This document shows, piece after piece, positions 21,901-36,189 of a DNA stretch of 64,000 nucleotides (the stretch's first letter is position 1; every line of letters starts with the position of its first letter). The DNA comes from Camelus dromedarius (taxonomy: Eukaryota), in contig NC_087436.1 in NCBI RefSeq assembly GCF_036321535.1, forward strand, positions 55,988,001 to 56,052,000, read 5' to 3'. The translations under genes and the position numbers were made by a program. The notes below the pieces were generated by a model, which had not been told where the DNA came from, did no database searches, and was given only the letters and a program-made list of their open reading frames with translations.

Positions 21901-24139
21901 ATGCAGTAATAGCAGCTCTGTAATTTTTTTCTAAAACTACATACATTAAGTAAAACAAATGTCATCTGATAGTTGTGGCAGGACTACTAATAAGGAGGCA
22001 GAGATTTGTGATGAAACAAAAGTAACAGCCTATATAACAAGAAGATAATAGATGGTAGTGATGGTTTTAAAAGGGAGCCTTTGAGAAAAATCATATGGAG
22101 AAGCTTAAGCTGACAACCAGAAAGAGCTGTTTCCATAGAAGCACATATTAACGTGCACTACTTTGAGATATTCAAAGTGAAGTGATTTTCTGCTATTAGC
22201 CTCAGTGTTTAGTATTTCATTGTATTTTGAAACAACAGGAAGACCCCTCCTTAGACACTGTTACATGTGTAAATGGCAGTGGGGTGGTGGTGGGGAGTAA
22301 AAGGTGACTGAAGAAAGAAAGCGAGTGAAAAAGTGAAAACAGATATAACTTCATATGTGCTTATATTTTAAGGTGATTACTATGGTAATATTTTTTAAAA
22401 CAATATGAATTATTAGTGCTGCCTACAGTGAAATCAGAGGTTGAAATGTCTGTATTATTCCTCCCTCCTGTTTTTCCATCTTTTGATTATTTCCCAATCT
22501 CCATTGTAATCATCTGAAAGACAGGAAGTTTTACTGCAAATTTATAGTAGAATCCAAAAATCTTTAATAAGTCATCTTAAAGAATTCTCTAAGAGTGTTC
22601 TGTGACTGTGAGGCCATTATGGAGACAGTGAGTGTTGCTCAGTAATCTAATGTGTGAGTTGAGAACAGGCAGTAATTAATCAGTGGCTGTCATGCTCACA
22701 CTACTCTAACGTATTACGAGAACCTCCATGCCGACCACCCCTCCCCATTATCAGACCATTAGTAAAACCCTGTACAGGCAACAGTGGGGAGCCCTGCTTA
22801 AGCTTATGACCCTAATCACTTGGGTATAAGCTTGGTGCATATTTTCACAATTTCACTCGAATTTCACTCAAATTCTCATCACACTTTCTAGAACTCAGAA
22901 TTATTCATCATTCTAACCTGAGAATTTATTTATAAGTCTAACCTGAGACATTACATCTTTTATTTTTATTTTAAAATTAAGTCAGTTTGCTTTATATGAT
23001 TTAAAAAATACCTCATATAATCTTGCATTCCTTGAAAAAAGGAAAAAAAGAAAGAGAACAAAGAAAAGAAAACGAAGAAAAGGACTGCTATTTAGTCATA
23101 ATGGGGTGGCGGAGATCTCCCTTTTATGCTCGCAGATTCTCATACCAGCATTTTGTAATAAAATCAGGAAGGTCTCTTTGGTGTTGGTAACTGTTTTAAT
23201 TCAGTTCAGGCCACTGTAAAGGCTCATTTTGAATGAATTGTAAGCTTCCATAGACAGAGTTTATGCAATTAAATTCCTGACCAAATCCCATATTGCATGA
23301 GGGACTTGATGAATAATCTCATCTTTAGTACGTAACTCAAACATTAATAACAGATGTAAATATGCCTCACTGCAACCAGTGGACTTTGATTTTTAATTCT
23401 AAACTTACTTTAGTTTTTTCAGACTAAGACATCTATTAAAAGTGACTCTTTTCTGTATGTTTTTCCTTTTCTATTGCATAAATTTATTGCAAGATGAAAA
23501 GAGAATGTCATAGTATTTAGACAATAAATTTGTACACATCTATGAACTAGTTATGAAATTGACTTATGTTGAAAATAACAAGATGATGCTAGACTGATTG
23601 AAATAGGACAGTTATTACATTAGAGTTTGGAACAGTTTTTAGAAAGAAATTACCCTGCAATGTTAATATACTGTTACTTTCTTGGAAGTTTTATAATGTA
23701 TCTGTTCTTTGCATGAAGACTTACATTTTTAAAAAATTTGAGTGATCACAATGTATTGTATGGTTTGGTGCTAAATTGAATTTGTTTATTCATTTATGCT
23801 TAGAAAACTTTTCTTAAAATAATCTTTAATCATGTCTATTCTTTAGTGTGACTATCATGACTGTTTAGAATAATAAAGTATTTAGCTCACTTCTTTTTTC
23901 TTTTTTGCTGTTTAACATTTATTTGACTGCTAGGGAACTGAAAACGTATTAGATATATGCATGTGTTTGTAGGTCTGATAATTTCCTGGTATAGAAAATC
24001 AATCAAAATTCATTGAAAAAAATTAATATTTATCATCAAGTATTTCTGGACAACTATGCTAGGGAAATATTAATGCAGCCTTCATGTAAATAAGTCTCTT
24101 GATGAAAAATAAGCTGTGCTAAATTCTAAGCTTGAAAAT

Positions 24140-24310
24140 TGCATACAAGTTTGAAATCTCAGCTTCACATTTATAAGTAGAATGTCAGAATCATGATGGT
24201 ATTTACATCACAGAACGGTGAAGATTAACAGGGTTATCAAAAGTGAAGAACTGTGAACAGTACCTGGCCCCAGATAAGTGCTTAGTGCACGCTAGCAATT
24301 GTTGCTGTTG
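24140..24310 (+). mobile_element. MIR SINE
   Basis: gtgaagattaa...gaacagtacctggccccagataagtgctta. Confidence 0.65.
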
Positions 24311-26309
24311 CTGTTGTATTTTTATTATGTAAGTCTGTACCATACACAACTTTCGTTTGGCACTGCTATGAAAATAATTGACTATATCACAAGAATGAGA
24401 GGATTGCACTCAACTGGGGGTACCACCAGGTGGAAAAATATCATATGAATCCACAAAAGCGTAGTCAAAGGTGAAGCCCTTAAAAAGAAATTTGTAGATT
24501 TTAAAATCACATTTAAGAATACCCAGTTAAGTTATGAGATTTCAATTGTGCTTTAAAACACTTTGGAAACTCAACACATGAGTGTTTTCGTTTTATGGAC
24601 ATGCTTAAGATGATTTCTTTGTTTCTTTCTTTCTTTTTTTTTTTCTACGCCAGATTCTGAATGTAGAATATATTCCATTAAAACCATTATCTAATAAATG
24701 TTAATGAAATAATCAGTTTATACTTTAATCCACTATACATTCGCCATACTTGTAAACAAATATGTAAGTAAAAAGGCAGGAAAAAACAATGAGCAAATTC
24801 TTAACTTTTTGCTAACCTCCTTTCTAGAGGAATAGAAACAGCTTTCTTTACTTATATCAAAAACTTTAACATAGCAAAACATTTACTGAGCCTACAGTAG
24901 AAGCAAAATTTATTAAACTGAAACTTCCAAACAAAGCCAAATTTCGTGTATGTGCAAGGGGCATATTATGGGCAAAAAGAGAAATTAGATACCAAGCTGT
25001 TAAATATATATGTTGTGATAGACACTAGCATTTAATAAAGTATTCCTCTGATGGATTAGTTCATGAACAAACTGTAGTGGAATTCTTACAGTTTCTTGTA
25101 GGTATGCATGTGTTAACTATGATACATAAGAAGAGAAAGGGAAAAAATATGCAGATCATAGTTATGCTTGAAAAAACTTTTCTAGTGTGTGTTTATGAAA
25201 TGGAAGTGTACCGTTGCCTAAGTAACAACTTTATTTTGAAAAAATGGGCATAGAACACTTTTAGCTACAAACAAAAACTATATTTTTAGTTCACTATGAC
25301 ATTAAATAATCTCATTTGTTCTTTTTAAAATATTCTTTAACATGCTTCATTGTAAAATTAAAATAAGATACAACATAAAAATCTTTTTCCTCAGAATGTG
25401 TCAATGTGGTAGGAAGAACATAATCCAAAACGTTTATAACTGAAAGTAATGCAGTTGTGGACCTTTAGCAAACAGAATGTAGTAGATGCATTAACTAAAT
25501 AAATAAACAAGGATAACTACTTCACCGCACTAACATGATATCCACACAGGAAACACTTTCAAAAGCCCATTGAACACTAGTTCTTTTGCCATTCTCTTTG
25601 TGCAGAAAGCAGAGTTTCTCTTAATTTTTAACTCCAGCTCTCCTCTACCACATCCCCTTCACTTCCCAAGTCCAGCACTGTGGGAAACATTCCACTTTTT
25701 AAAGAGAAAATTAATAAGAACTCTAGAATCAACAATGTGGTTTAGTTTCTACATAATTATAAAATCTTCTTATCATTATAGAGTCTTATTCCACTTAAAG
25801 AATCCAACAGAAGCAACCTAGAATGTTTTAATGATTGATTAAACTGTTTATTTGGGGTATTCTGTTGTATATAACATTTGGTTTTCTTTGAAGATTTCTA
25901 GGGGGAAAATCCACAACCATTAAAAATATGAGACTGTATTTCTAACTACCTCTTCTAAGCTGTACCTGTTTTTTTGTTTGTTTGTTTATTTTTTTAAATA
26001 AAGGCAAGCTTCTCAAAACTTTAATTTTCTGAACATTAGGAAATGTTCTTAGGAAGTTCTGTTGTGTGATTACTGAGGTTTTGGAGTTTTTTAAATTGAT
26101 ATGAACAATATTTACTTTGTGCCAGAATGTATGTTTATTTGTTATTATTTTATTGAGGGAGGAGGGGAGCAATTTAGAAAGCCAAGTTGTTAAAACAAAC
26201 AAAAAATTAGATTATTTTGTAGAGGCTCATACATTTAGATATTTGCAACCACTTAAATATATGCAGCCCTCTCTTTAATAATGTTATATTAGCAAAGATA
26301 ACATATTAC

Positions 26310-26966
26310 CCAGACACGTTTTGAGTATGTCCATTTCTCCCAACTGGATCACTGAAGAAGGTTCTTCCTGCTTCCTGTCCTGCCCCACTCTCTTCTGTCC
26401 TCTACACAGAAGCCAGGCAAATCCTAGCAAATGTCACCAGTACAGCTGTTTTTCTTAAAACCCTTTGATGGCTTTCCATTGCCTCGAAACTTGAATCTAA
26501 ACCTCTTAACATGGCTGACAGAGATATTTGTCCTTATATGTCTAATTCTATTCGTGGAACTCCTCCGTAGTTGTAGTCTCCTCAGACCATGCACCTGTCC
26601 CAAATCTGGCACAGGTGATTCCAGGGTAGCCCTTGAAGGGGACATCCTTCAGGTGTTTTTTAGAAAGCTGACAGTGAGTGAGTATGGCAGCTTACATGCT
26701 TTCTTATGCTATGAACAAGTGTTGTATCCCTTTGTGCTGGCTCACTTCTGTTCCATCTTGATGTCTTAGTTTAGATCTTCATTTCTTCGTAAAGCACCTT
26801 GCACACCCAACTGTAACACTCTGTCCTTTTACCTGTGTACACGGCTAGCATGTCGTCATGAGGAGGATGGGAAGCACGTCCATTGTGGTATGTCTAGCAT
26901 ATAACGTGGGGCTTGACACACACAGTTGGCATGCGATACAGATCTTTTGAGTGATGTTGGATGAAT
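26310..26966 (+). mobile_element. LINE L2 3' portion
   Basis: tctacacagaagccag...cttaaaaccctttgatggctttccattgcc...tctagcata...gcttgacacacag...tggatgaat. Confidence 0.75.
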
Positions 26967-27593
26967 ACATATTTTGTTCATGCATAAATAACACATCTTA
27001 GAGGGGCTTTGGGGACTACTTGTTGTGGTGGAGTTAGCAAGAACTTTCCACGTTTCCTTCATTACCCACTTGGAAAGCTACTGGACAAAGTGAGCAGAAT
27101 ATGAAGTTGTAGGTGGAAAGGACAGTCTCAGGAGTGAAAGTTCACCATCTCTTAGATTCTGCCCCAAAGCTCAGTCTCCGTACCCTTCTTTCAGAAATTG
27201 ATTCCTAATTTCAGATCATCTGCCCTAGAATTTGGGGCCATTACATAATGAAGAACTTGAATTCTCATATAGGTGCAGGAAATAAACCTTGGACAATTGA
27301 TTGGGAAGCAGTGTGAGCATGCTAAACTCTTAACTGATGTGGCCAAGTTGTCTAAATGCAGAATGGGAGTTTAAGAGATCTACAAGTCAAAATAGCACCC
27401 TAGCACCTCTCAGAGAAGCTTTGTGATTATTCAATTGTAGAATTCTATCATATGGAATATTGTTAAAATAGATTTTCTCCTAAGTGATGAAACCGTTTTG
27501 TATTTGGATTATTGTTGTATCAAAAATTGTCCCATAGAGTATCTTCTCTTACCTCTCTCCAGTATAAAGCAAGCAAGTCTCTTGCAGAGTATG

Positions 27594-27960
27594 TGTCTTA
27601 GTCTGTTCAGGCTGCTATAATAAATAACACAGACGGGGTGGTTTATAAAGAACAGAAATTTACCTCTCACAGTTTTCTGGAGGGTGGGAATCCAAGATCA
27701 AGACAGGAGCATGGCTATGTGGATAAGGATCCTCTCCCTGGCTCACAAATGGCCGCCTTTTCTCTCTGTGTCTTCACATGGTAGAAGGGGCAAGGGATCT
27801 CTGTGGGGTCTCTTTTGTAAGAACAGTAATCCCATTCATGAAGACTCCATCCTCATGACCTAAGTATCTCCCGAAGTCCTCACCTCCTGTTACCATAATC
27901 TTTGGGGATTAGGACTCAACATGTGAATTTGGGGAAGACAGAAACCTTTGAACTGTGGCA
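27594..27960 (-). mobile_element. MaLR solo LTR, MLT1A-like, apparently full length
   Basis: tgtcttagtctgttcaggctgctata...caacatgtgaatttgggga...tgtggca. TG..CA ends; flanks gtatg/gtaag give a 4/5 TSD match. Confidence 0.9.
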
Positions 27961-30900
27961 GTAAGGCAGTATGAGTATGAGGTGGGACGGCAGGGGGAGA
28001 GGGGCTGCGTGGTGCAGAGTGGCCCAGAGTCAAGAAAAATAAATCTGTTTTGGAGCACATATTATACCAGTTGTTTTCCTGTAATTGACTATTGTTTGAA
28101 AGTTCTTTTGCTAGACAGCCTGTTATTTTTGGGCAGGATATTTTGTTTTTCAGACTAGGAGATAGTATAGTGAAATGTATCATTATAAAGCATTATTGAA
28201 TCAGATATTCTCCTAGGCACTTTAAAGGTGACCAAAATATGTTATGAATTATGCTACACTGCCAGCAAAGAGGAAATTATAACAAGTAACTACTTCTCTT
28301 TTTGTTAAGACTTCAGTAAACACAGACCCAACTTGCCCTGAATAATTACCACAAAGAGCTATGCAGTGGTCTTTAACTGGTAGTTGTTTGTAATCAAGCA
28401 GCCTGAATCTTGCCTTGACATAAAGCAGAGGAAGTGGTTAGAAGACAGACCTGTAATTATCAGCAGCAGGTGCCCATAATGGAATGCCAGCGAGATGTTT
28501 AAAGAGGCAAATATTACTTTAGAAAAGCTTTCAAGACTGTCAATTTAGACCAAAAGACATCTAAATAAAAACTGGCTTGAGAGCAGTATTAAAAGAATAC
28601 TTCCATGGAAACAAAAGAAAATGTGATACATTCCTTTTATGCAGGTTAACATCTTCCTTATGCCTAAGTATTATCAAGATATGAAGTCTGAAATAAGACT
28701 GGACTCCATATTCAGAAAAGGGGTGCTTTAACAACTTTAGACATTTTTTGGTTATTAAAAGATTTGTTCTTTATTTTAATAAGTATCACATGAATAAATT
28801 GAATGAAAAGTTACTTTTCTAAAATGAATTTTCATGGCTACAAAGGACACTGGATCATTGATTCCATAATCATATATGACCAGAAATTTTTATTTCAATT
28901 ACATAAGTTAACAATCTTCTTCATTGTAACTTTTAAGTTGAAGAATTAAAACAAAAGATACTTTGTATTAAATGGGAACCAAAACTTTAATATACTTTTA
29001 CTAGTTTACTATATATAACGTTATCAGACATTTCTCAATTGTACAAAATTTCACCCTTCAGTGATAACATTTTTCAATTCTCACCTTTTTCTAAAAGAAA
29101 TAAAATATTATCATCCTTTCTGAGTGATCTTAGAAGGAATAATGATCCATATGATAAAACATACACAATAAAAACTTGCAATCAAGTTATAAAAGAAATT
29201 TTAAATGTTAGTTTAATAATGCTGGTTCCCCTTTAAGAGATCCATTTAGTGAAGTTGTTTTGATAGTGAACTATTATTTCAGTATTTTTCTTTCATCTTA
29301 AACTATAGACCAAAGGCTACAGTTTGTATTAACTTACAGGAAGTTCTATTATATGAGGCATGGACAGACTAAAGAAAACCAACGAAACATAATTGCCTGG
29401 GTAGTTTTTTACATTTTTAAACGGAGAATTTTTCTTTCTTTTCAAAGTAAGCATACACTTTGGCTGTTTTTATGTTGTGAGAGTGAATGATCCTCTTGGA
29501 ACTGAGCACCTAATGGAGAGAGGAGTCATGATATATCTGTGAGATCCCATTCATTCTCAGAAGTGCTTAGTGTGTATTTTGGGGAATATCTGTTTTCCTG
29601 CCTAATGCTAACCATATATTTATCACTATGAAAACAAGAGGAGAAGTCAGTCATTTCACTGCTCTTTTGCCAGAAATGCCTTCAGCTCCCACAGTAGTTG
29701 TATGTCAAGATCTCGCCATACTTAAAAGGAAGACATAAGATTTATTCTGGAAATTTACCAGGACAGACCAGCCCTCAAAAATGTGAAGGAAACAATCTCT
29801 GTAGCTAAATTAAAATAAACTTAAGTCACACTTGACGCATTATGCTTAAGATAACTTCATCTAAAAATACATATGTAAGTTGTAGAGGGTCTCAGTCCTT
29901 GTTCAAAGTGGACACCAAATATGGAAGAGAGCATCAAGAATTACCTAAAAAAAGATGGATTAAAAAGAAACAGGGAATAATATGTTCATGATTTGAAATT
30001 TATCTGCATATTTTGACTTATTTGGAGTTATTTTTCTTCAGATTGTGAAGTAGATTAAACCAAGCCTGACATAGGGCTCATGGTGTACATAGGTGTAACA
30101 GAGCATCCAAGTAATTGCCTGCATTCTCACTAATGGAATATAAAATTTACATGGAGGAGATAGATGTGATTAGAGCTGGTGGATGCCAAAGTTAGGATAT
30201 ATTTCTAACTATTTTAACATGTAGTATATTCTCTCAAACTACGGTTCCATTTGACCTTTTTTATGGAGAAAAAGAATCCAGTACAGCTGAGAGCAGTTCA
30301 GTTGAGGAAGTATTAATTGCTGTATCCCATAGAGAGAAATGAGATAGAATAATAAGTTTCTTAAAGAAACTGAAAAATCTTGTTTGGAAGACAAAATATT
30401 GAGATAAAATATATGCAACTACAAGGTGGCAAACTGACAGAAGAATGAATAAAATTATTTTGGAAGAGATAAAAGGAGAGATAAATGTGATTTGGTGCTA
30501 AAACTTTCTGCAGGGATAAACTCTTAGCCAATTCTGAGAAAGGAATAAAGCAACCTATCTCATTCCCTTTTATAAGTACTGCTCCCACTTCACTTAGAGG
30601 CCACTGGAAATGTCTTGTTATAGCCGTGCAAGATTCTGTTCTCTCTGCATCTCTTCCCATTTTCTTCCCCTCTCAATTTTGAGAGCAGTTCTTCCCTCGG
30701 GCTTTCTCCTAATAACAGCTCTCGTATTTCCATTGAAGTGAGGAGTTACAGAGACCTGGTTTCTGATTTCTTGAGCTGCTCTTGCCTTTGCTCTCTCAGG
30801 GCTACGTTACATTTCCACAGTGCAAAGTGAGTCTCCAATCCAAATTTAGCTGTTTTATTACATACTCTGTCGCTAAGCTACTTTAGACCAGACATTACCG

Positions 30901-32045
30901 CATCTCTCAGCAACAGAGTTTGAGTTTGTCAAGTTGTACAGGTTTGTTGTCCCCTTTAAAATACACTTTTACATGTTTTAAAACTTGTTTGGATTTTGAG
31001 TAATGGTCTCCTTGGTGCTGTGATGTTTATAAAATGATGTCAGTGCTTGAAAGGCAGAGGATTGCTATGGTAGATACTTGCCCTTCTCCTTAAAGGATAT
31101 ATGAAGGGGAGGAGGACCTTTTGCATGGATCCCCGGGGTGGGAAAATGGAACTAAGTTAAGCATATGCAACCTGTAAAACTACTTCAGAGTCAACTGTAG
31201 AGCCTTCTATAATTAACTAAAATTCTTCCGGTAAATTTAAATTGAAAGGACCAGAGGGATCTCTGTGAACAATTCTGAAGCTTAGATTTTAAATTTAAAA
31301 CATAAGAATGTTTTGCCTAACATCTTTCACAAATGTTTGAAAATATAGATAGACAGATAGATAATTGATCTATATTAATTTTAAATTTGGTAGTATAATA
31401 ATTTTTAGAACCATAATGTCCTTACTCCTTAGTTCCCCCTTTAGGAAGGGCTTTTTAACTTTTTCTTATAAATTTTGTCATTTGGAGAAACTAGGAGTAT
31501 TGCTAGAGTGAAGAGTGTATGGTAAGTCAGCGAATATATCTGAAGCCCTGGTATTTTCCAGTTTTAGAAATGTGAAAACAAAAATGTGGGAAGAATGTGG
31601 GAGAAGAGCATAAAGTGATTTTTCAGTACAGTGTTGCCGCCATGCATGTGGTAGGATCTTATTAGTTTCCCAAAGCATTGGATTAAATATATATATAATA
31701 TAAAGAAACTTCATGTTTTAGATTAACAAGTAAAAACAACTTACATTCTCTCAAGTGAATTCTCTCATAACTCCTAACAAATGCTATTCTTCTTATTTGA
31801 CCCACTAATTATGTCTATGAAGACAGACAATTCATTTTTCTTAAAATATATGAAAATTATAATCATAAAAGCAATTGTGAATGCTTTACTATGTTAAATG
31901 ATAATCAACACAAAAATATATATTGATATTGATAGCTCTATAGAATACGAACTTCAGGACCTTGAAGAAATATAGGGAAGTAACAGCTACTCCAAAATTT
32001 CAAAAATCCTAAGGTTGCACAGCTTACCAAACAAGAATCCAGAGG

Positions 32046-32067
32046 TTTTTTTTTTTTTTTTTTTTTT
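32046..32067. repeat. Poly(T) tract, 22 nt
   Basis: Read directly. Confidence 0.95.
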
Positions 32068-33110
32068 AACATTATCAACTCATTTGGTTATTCAGTCTAG
32101 TAACACTGATGAGAAGCCCTAATTCGTAGTATATCTTTATGACTACAAGTGAGTTAATCTATTATTTTTCAATAAATACAATTTATTAAGTAATTAGTAG
32201 AAAACTCCTAAGTAGTGTAAAATTTGGAAAATACTGATATATGTATTTAATGTGTGTTTATCTTTAGTTGTTAAAATATTTGGAATTGAAATTGACCACA
32301 TTACTTGAATTGAGCCAAATTTGTCATTTGATTTTATTTATTCGAAATTACTTGTAGAGTTTTTATATTGAATTTTATATATTGTCACTTGACTAGAAAC
32401 TTTATCCTAAAAAGCTGTGCTACCATGTCTGTATTAAAGACATGTTTTGGTTCCTGTTACTGGTTTCTTAAGTGCTGCATTTTCTTTTAAAAAACTAAAA
32501 TTGAACTCTCAGCTACTTTTAGTCAAGAGGCAAATAATCATTCTTTTGTGTCTTTATCGTTAGCCTCTAATGTTGGTGATACAACTATATGTTAGAATCA
32601 TTTTCCAATTCACAAGTTTGGGTTCAGAGACCCCAATAGAGAACAAAATTGACTCATTGTGAGAATATTACTTTAATTTTGGAAAATGAGAGGCCCACTT
32701 AGGGCCCATATTTAACTTTTTTTAAAACTTAAATTATATAGTTTTTGGAATATAGTTCTTTTGTTGTGATTATTTAAATAGCTTTAATTTTGATTTTAAG
32801 ATACAAATTTAAAACTTCATAGATACTGCAAGTAATGCATTTGTTCTAGTGTTCCATATTAGTTTAGTTATTTTAAACTGTATTTCTGACCATTCTTCAT
32901 TAAAAAGTTTTATTTTCACTGTTGAATTAACCTTAATATAAGTATATCTTGACTAAAATTTTTGTAGAAGTGTATTTATTTATATTTTGTAACATAAGCT
33001 ATGTTTTTGAACATTTTCTTAATTGGGTACAGTTTTATCATTAAACCTGCATCTTTGTCTATCTGCAGCATGTTGAAGAGAAAACTGGATGCATTACAAT
33101 GACCCAGACG

Positions 33111-33242
33111 TACAGAGACCACATAATTATTGACTAAACTAGGTCATTTTTGTGAATGAATGGGAAAGCTATTAAGAATTATTTCTGGACAACAAGCATA
33201 AACTGGGATTGTCCTGGGTTAACGGGATGAATAATCACCCTA
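33111..33242 (+). mobile_element. MER94-like hAT-Blackjack DNA element
   Basis: gctattaagaatta...ggacaacaagcataaactgggattgtcctggg...tcacccta follows the recalled MER94 consensus. Confidence 0.75.
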
Positions 33243-34529
33243 CCAGGAGACTGCAAGACCCTGTGGGACCTTCTAAATCACTAGGCTAAAAAGTTAGCTT
33301 ATATTCTCAGTGGTTTTAAAATTAAGTGTACTTTATTCCACACTTTGGATGTTATTTCCCTTTCTTGATGTTGAAGAGAATAATCGATTAACCAGAACAG
33401 CTACTTCCCTGCCTGTGTTAAATAATAGAGTGTGCTTTACCTGTCTGTGCACCTTCACCCTTTCACATAGCTGTTTGAATGTTTTATTAAATGTATTGTA
33501 GGAAGCAGCACAGCTTGCTTCCAGTAACAGATTTTTTTTTTTAAGTATTAGAAATCAAGATTTATTTTAAAAGACCTAGAATATACTTTGCCAGGATTGG
33601 TCTTCCTCTCTTTTCTCCTATTCTTGTTAGGTGTCATTCTACTACCTGGAATTGTCACCAGATGGCCGTATGCTTTGAGAAGCTTTGTCAACACATTCAT
33701 TTTGGGCAGCTCCATAGATACTCAACAACAGAACACAAAACAGAGAAAACCTTGACAGTAACCTTCCATAAGTTAGTTCATTTGTCTTAGTTGATTTCTA
33801 CTTCAGAGTGTATTGAAATTCAACTGAAAGGACCAAAATTGATTTTTGAACTGAAAAGAAGTAGTATTTCCAAACAAGTTATCTTTGACATAAGCAAGAT
33901 ATATTTGCCATGTATTATCTCTTTCTTTCTAGAAATAGCCTTAGCTCATTGATATGAGAATTACAGAAGGTTGTTTTTTAAAAAGGACTTATCTAGGATG
34001 AAAACTGTTGTGAAACGTATTTGAGCTACATAGGTTTCTCATCTTTTTATCTTGTGGAATTTGCAAAAGTCATTTAATTAAAATTCTGTAGAATGAAACA
34101 CACATACACACACAAATAATGATTAAATACCCAGTCATCAAGTTTCAAAAGGTAGCTCTGCAAAGTTATAAGAGGATAAGTTTGGAATTTCACCCAAGAA
34201 AAATTATAGAAGTGATCTAATTTACTTTAGTACTTGAGGATTCATTGGTATTTTAGGAAGACGGATAAGTGTGGGGAAACAATTAGTTTTATTTACTCAA
34301 TTAGAACTAATGCATGAGGCCAGCAGCACAGGGGAGGGCATTCTCAAAATTGCTACTATTATGTGTATTATACTTCCTTTTGGCATTTGAACTTCCAAAT
34401 GTATTCCATCAAGTCTGTGTGCAGTGCTTCTTTTTTTGACAGCGGCATGTGGAGGCAGGGCTTTCTCTAATTCAGCCAGGCTTCAGTGACCCACTAATTT
34501 GGCATCATTTTTTAAAAAAGAACACATGA

Positions 34530-34710
34530 GAAGCTGAAACCCAGATGGGGAACTGACTTGCCTTGTGTTCAGAAACTTGACCTACCCAGAACATATACTT
34601 TACAGATGAGGAAACAGACCCCCACAGAGCCCAGAGCTCACACAGGTGTGAGTGGAGAATGGGGATACAACCCATGTCCCCTGGCTCCTGGTTCTAGCTG
34701 CTTTCTACCA
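34530..34710 (-). mobile_element. MIR fragments
   Basis: tttacagatgaggaaacaga core; gactTgcc motif. Confidence 0.6.
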
Positions 34711-34959
34711 TGCAGCACTCACTGCATCTTCACCTGCCCCTATGTAGATTTAAATTTCGTGCCTATGAGTCTTATTCTTCCTTGGCAAAGCCAGCAGTCA
34801 CAAGCCCCAGTACCTGCTGGGACCCGTGAGGTTACATGAATAAGTGGACTGAGTGCAGGATGACAGCTGCTGCTGGTGAGTGTGGCAAAGCAGAGGACTC
34901 AGGCACAGGTCCTGACTGACAGGAGGGTCCAGTCCTCCCTGCAGGAGTGTGGGCTTGCT

Positions 34960-35095
34960 AGGGTGGCAGCTTCTAGTTTTTCCCAAAAAACCAGAAATCT
35001 CAATTTTTATTTGAAGTTTCTCAAGGAGGACAGGCCAAAGAAAACTTGCATGCAGGTGGACATTTGCCAGCAGCCTGCAGATTGCAACCTCCACT
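34960..35095 (+). mobile_element. MER102-like hAT-Charlie fragment
   Basis: ccagaaatctcaatttttatttgaa...ggccaaagaaaac...ttgcaacctc. Confidence 0.55.
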
Positions 35096-35119
35096 TCAGA
35101 GCATGTTTCTCATCTCCCT

Positions 35120-35340
35120 AACAGCAGCGATCATAATAGGCCCTGTTGTTTGAAACATACAAGGTACCTTGTGTGCATTATGTCTTGTAATCCTCTCAAC
35201 ATCCTTGAGAAATATTGAAGATGAGGAAACTGAGGCTTTGCCAGTTTAAAGTCATTTTCCCAGTGTCCAACAGATAAATGCAGGGCTCAGTTGAAGCCTA
35301 GCCCTGTCTGATCCCACAGTTTTTAATCTTACTCTCACAC
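35120..35340 (-). mobile_element. MIR SINE
   Basis: taatcctctcaacatcctt...gatgaggaaactgaggct. Confidence 0.75.
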
Positions 35341-36189
35341 CTGACAGCATCCCTGATGGTTCAGCCATCACTGGTTGAACTAAAGCTACTGGAGAATCTA
35401 TAGAATTTTCCAAAGTCCATTTCAATGCAGCTTTTCAAACATGTATTGAATTATCACTATCTAAAAAGCATTTTTTACTCTGAAGATGAAGGGTAACAGT
35501 GCATAAAGCATGATATTTGGCCTGGTGAACAAGCTACATTTGTAAACTAATAATTACTTTAAGCATGGACTGTGATAATTTCTAGAATTTATATCACGTC
35601 TCTGGTGTAATAAATTTCTAACTGGCTATTAAGTTGGGTCCTACCTGAGATGACACTTTTCTTTTCATTTTTCTTCTAAAAAAAATCAATAAATTACTTG
35701 TGTACCTGTAATAGAGATGAAATTTGGGCTTTAAATAATCTTATTAGGTGATTGATACTTTTGCTATTTATTCTTAAAAGTAACATTGTTTCACTTTGAT
35801 GTATCATGTATTGGGGATTGGAACTCTGCCTCTAAGTTTGTTTTGATTTTTTATTGCACATCGTTTTAAATGCAATTCTAAAAATTATTTTGTTATTAGT
35901 TGTTTTGTTCTTTCAACTTTGAATACAGTACTGTCATTGTCAGTTTAGTGGAGCTAGTGGAATCATTCAAATTAATTTTAGTCTAATATTTTTATTATTA
36001 TTTTCTCTCTCTGTAAGTATGGCCATGCATTCTTTCACAAGGTATATCCCTAATTAATTGCACAGCCACATTTCATTTCAATTACAATCATAACTTTTCA
36101 TCTGTCCTAATGTCTGTTTCTGCTACATGCAGAGATGATCAGTTATGTCAAAAGAGAGGTGATGGGAGATCCCTAAGGAATGGGCACCA

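Noticed and set aside
24423..24437. CCACCAGGTGG as a CTCF site
   Set aside because: It lacks the conserved C after GGTGG; a weak match.
25091..25107. Possible recursive splice site (tttcttgtAG|GTATGC); similar AG|GT joins near 40007, 45536 and 51190
   Set aside because: Short pyrimidine tracts or weak donors, at a frequency compatible with chance. Saw-tooth nascent RNA data would be needed.
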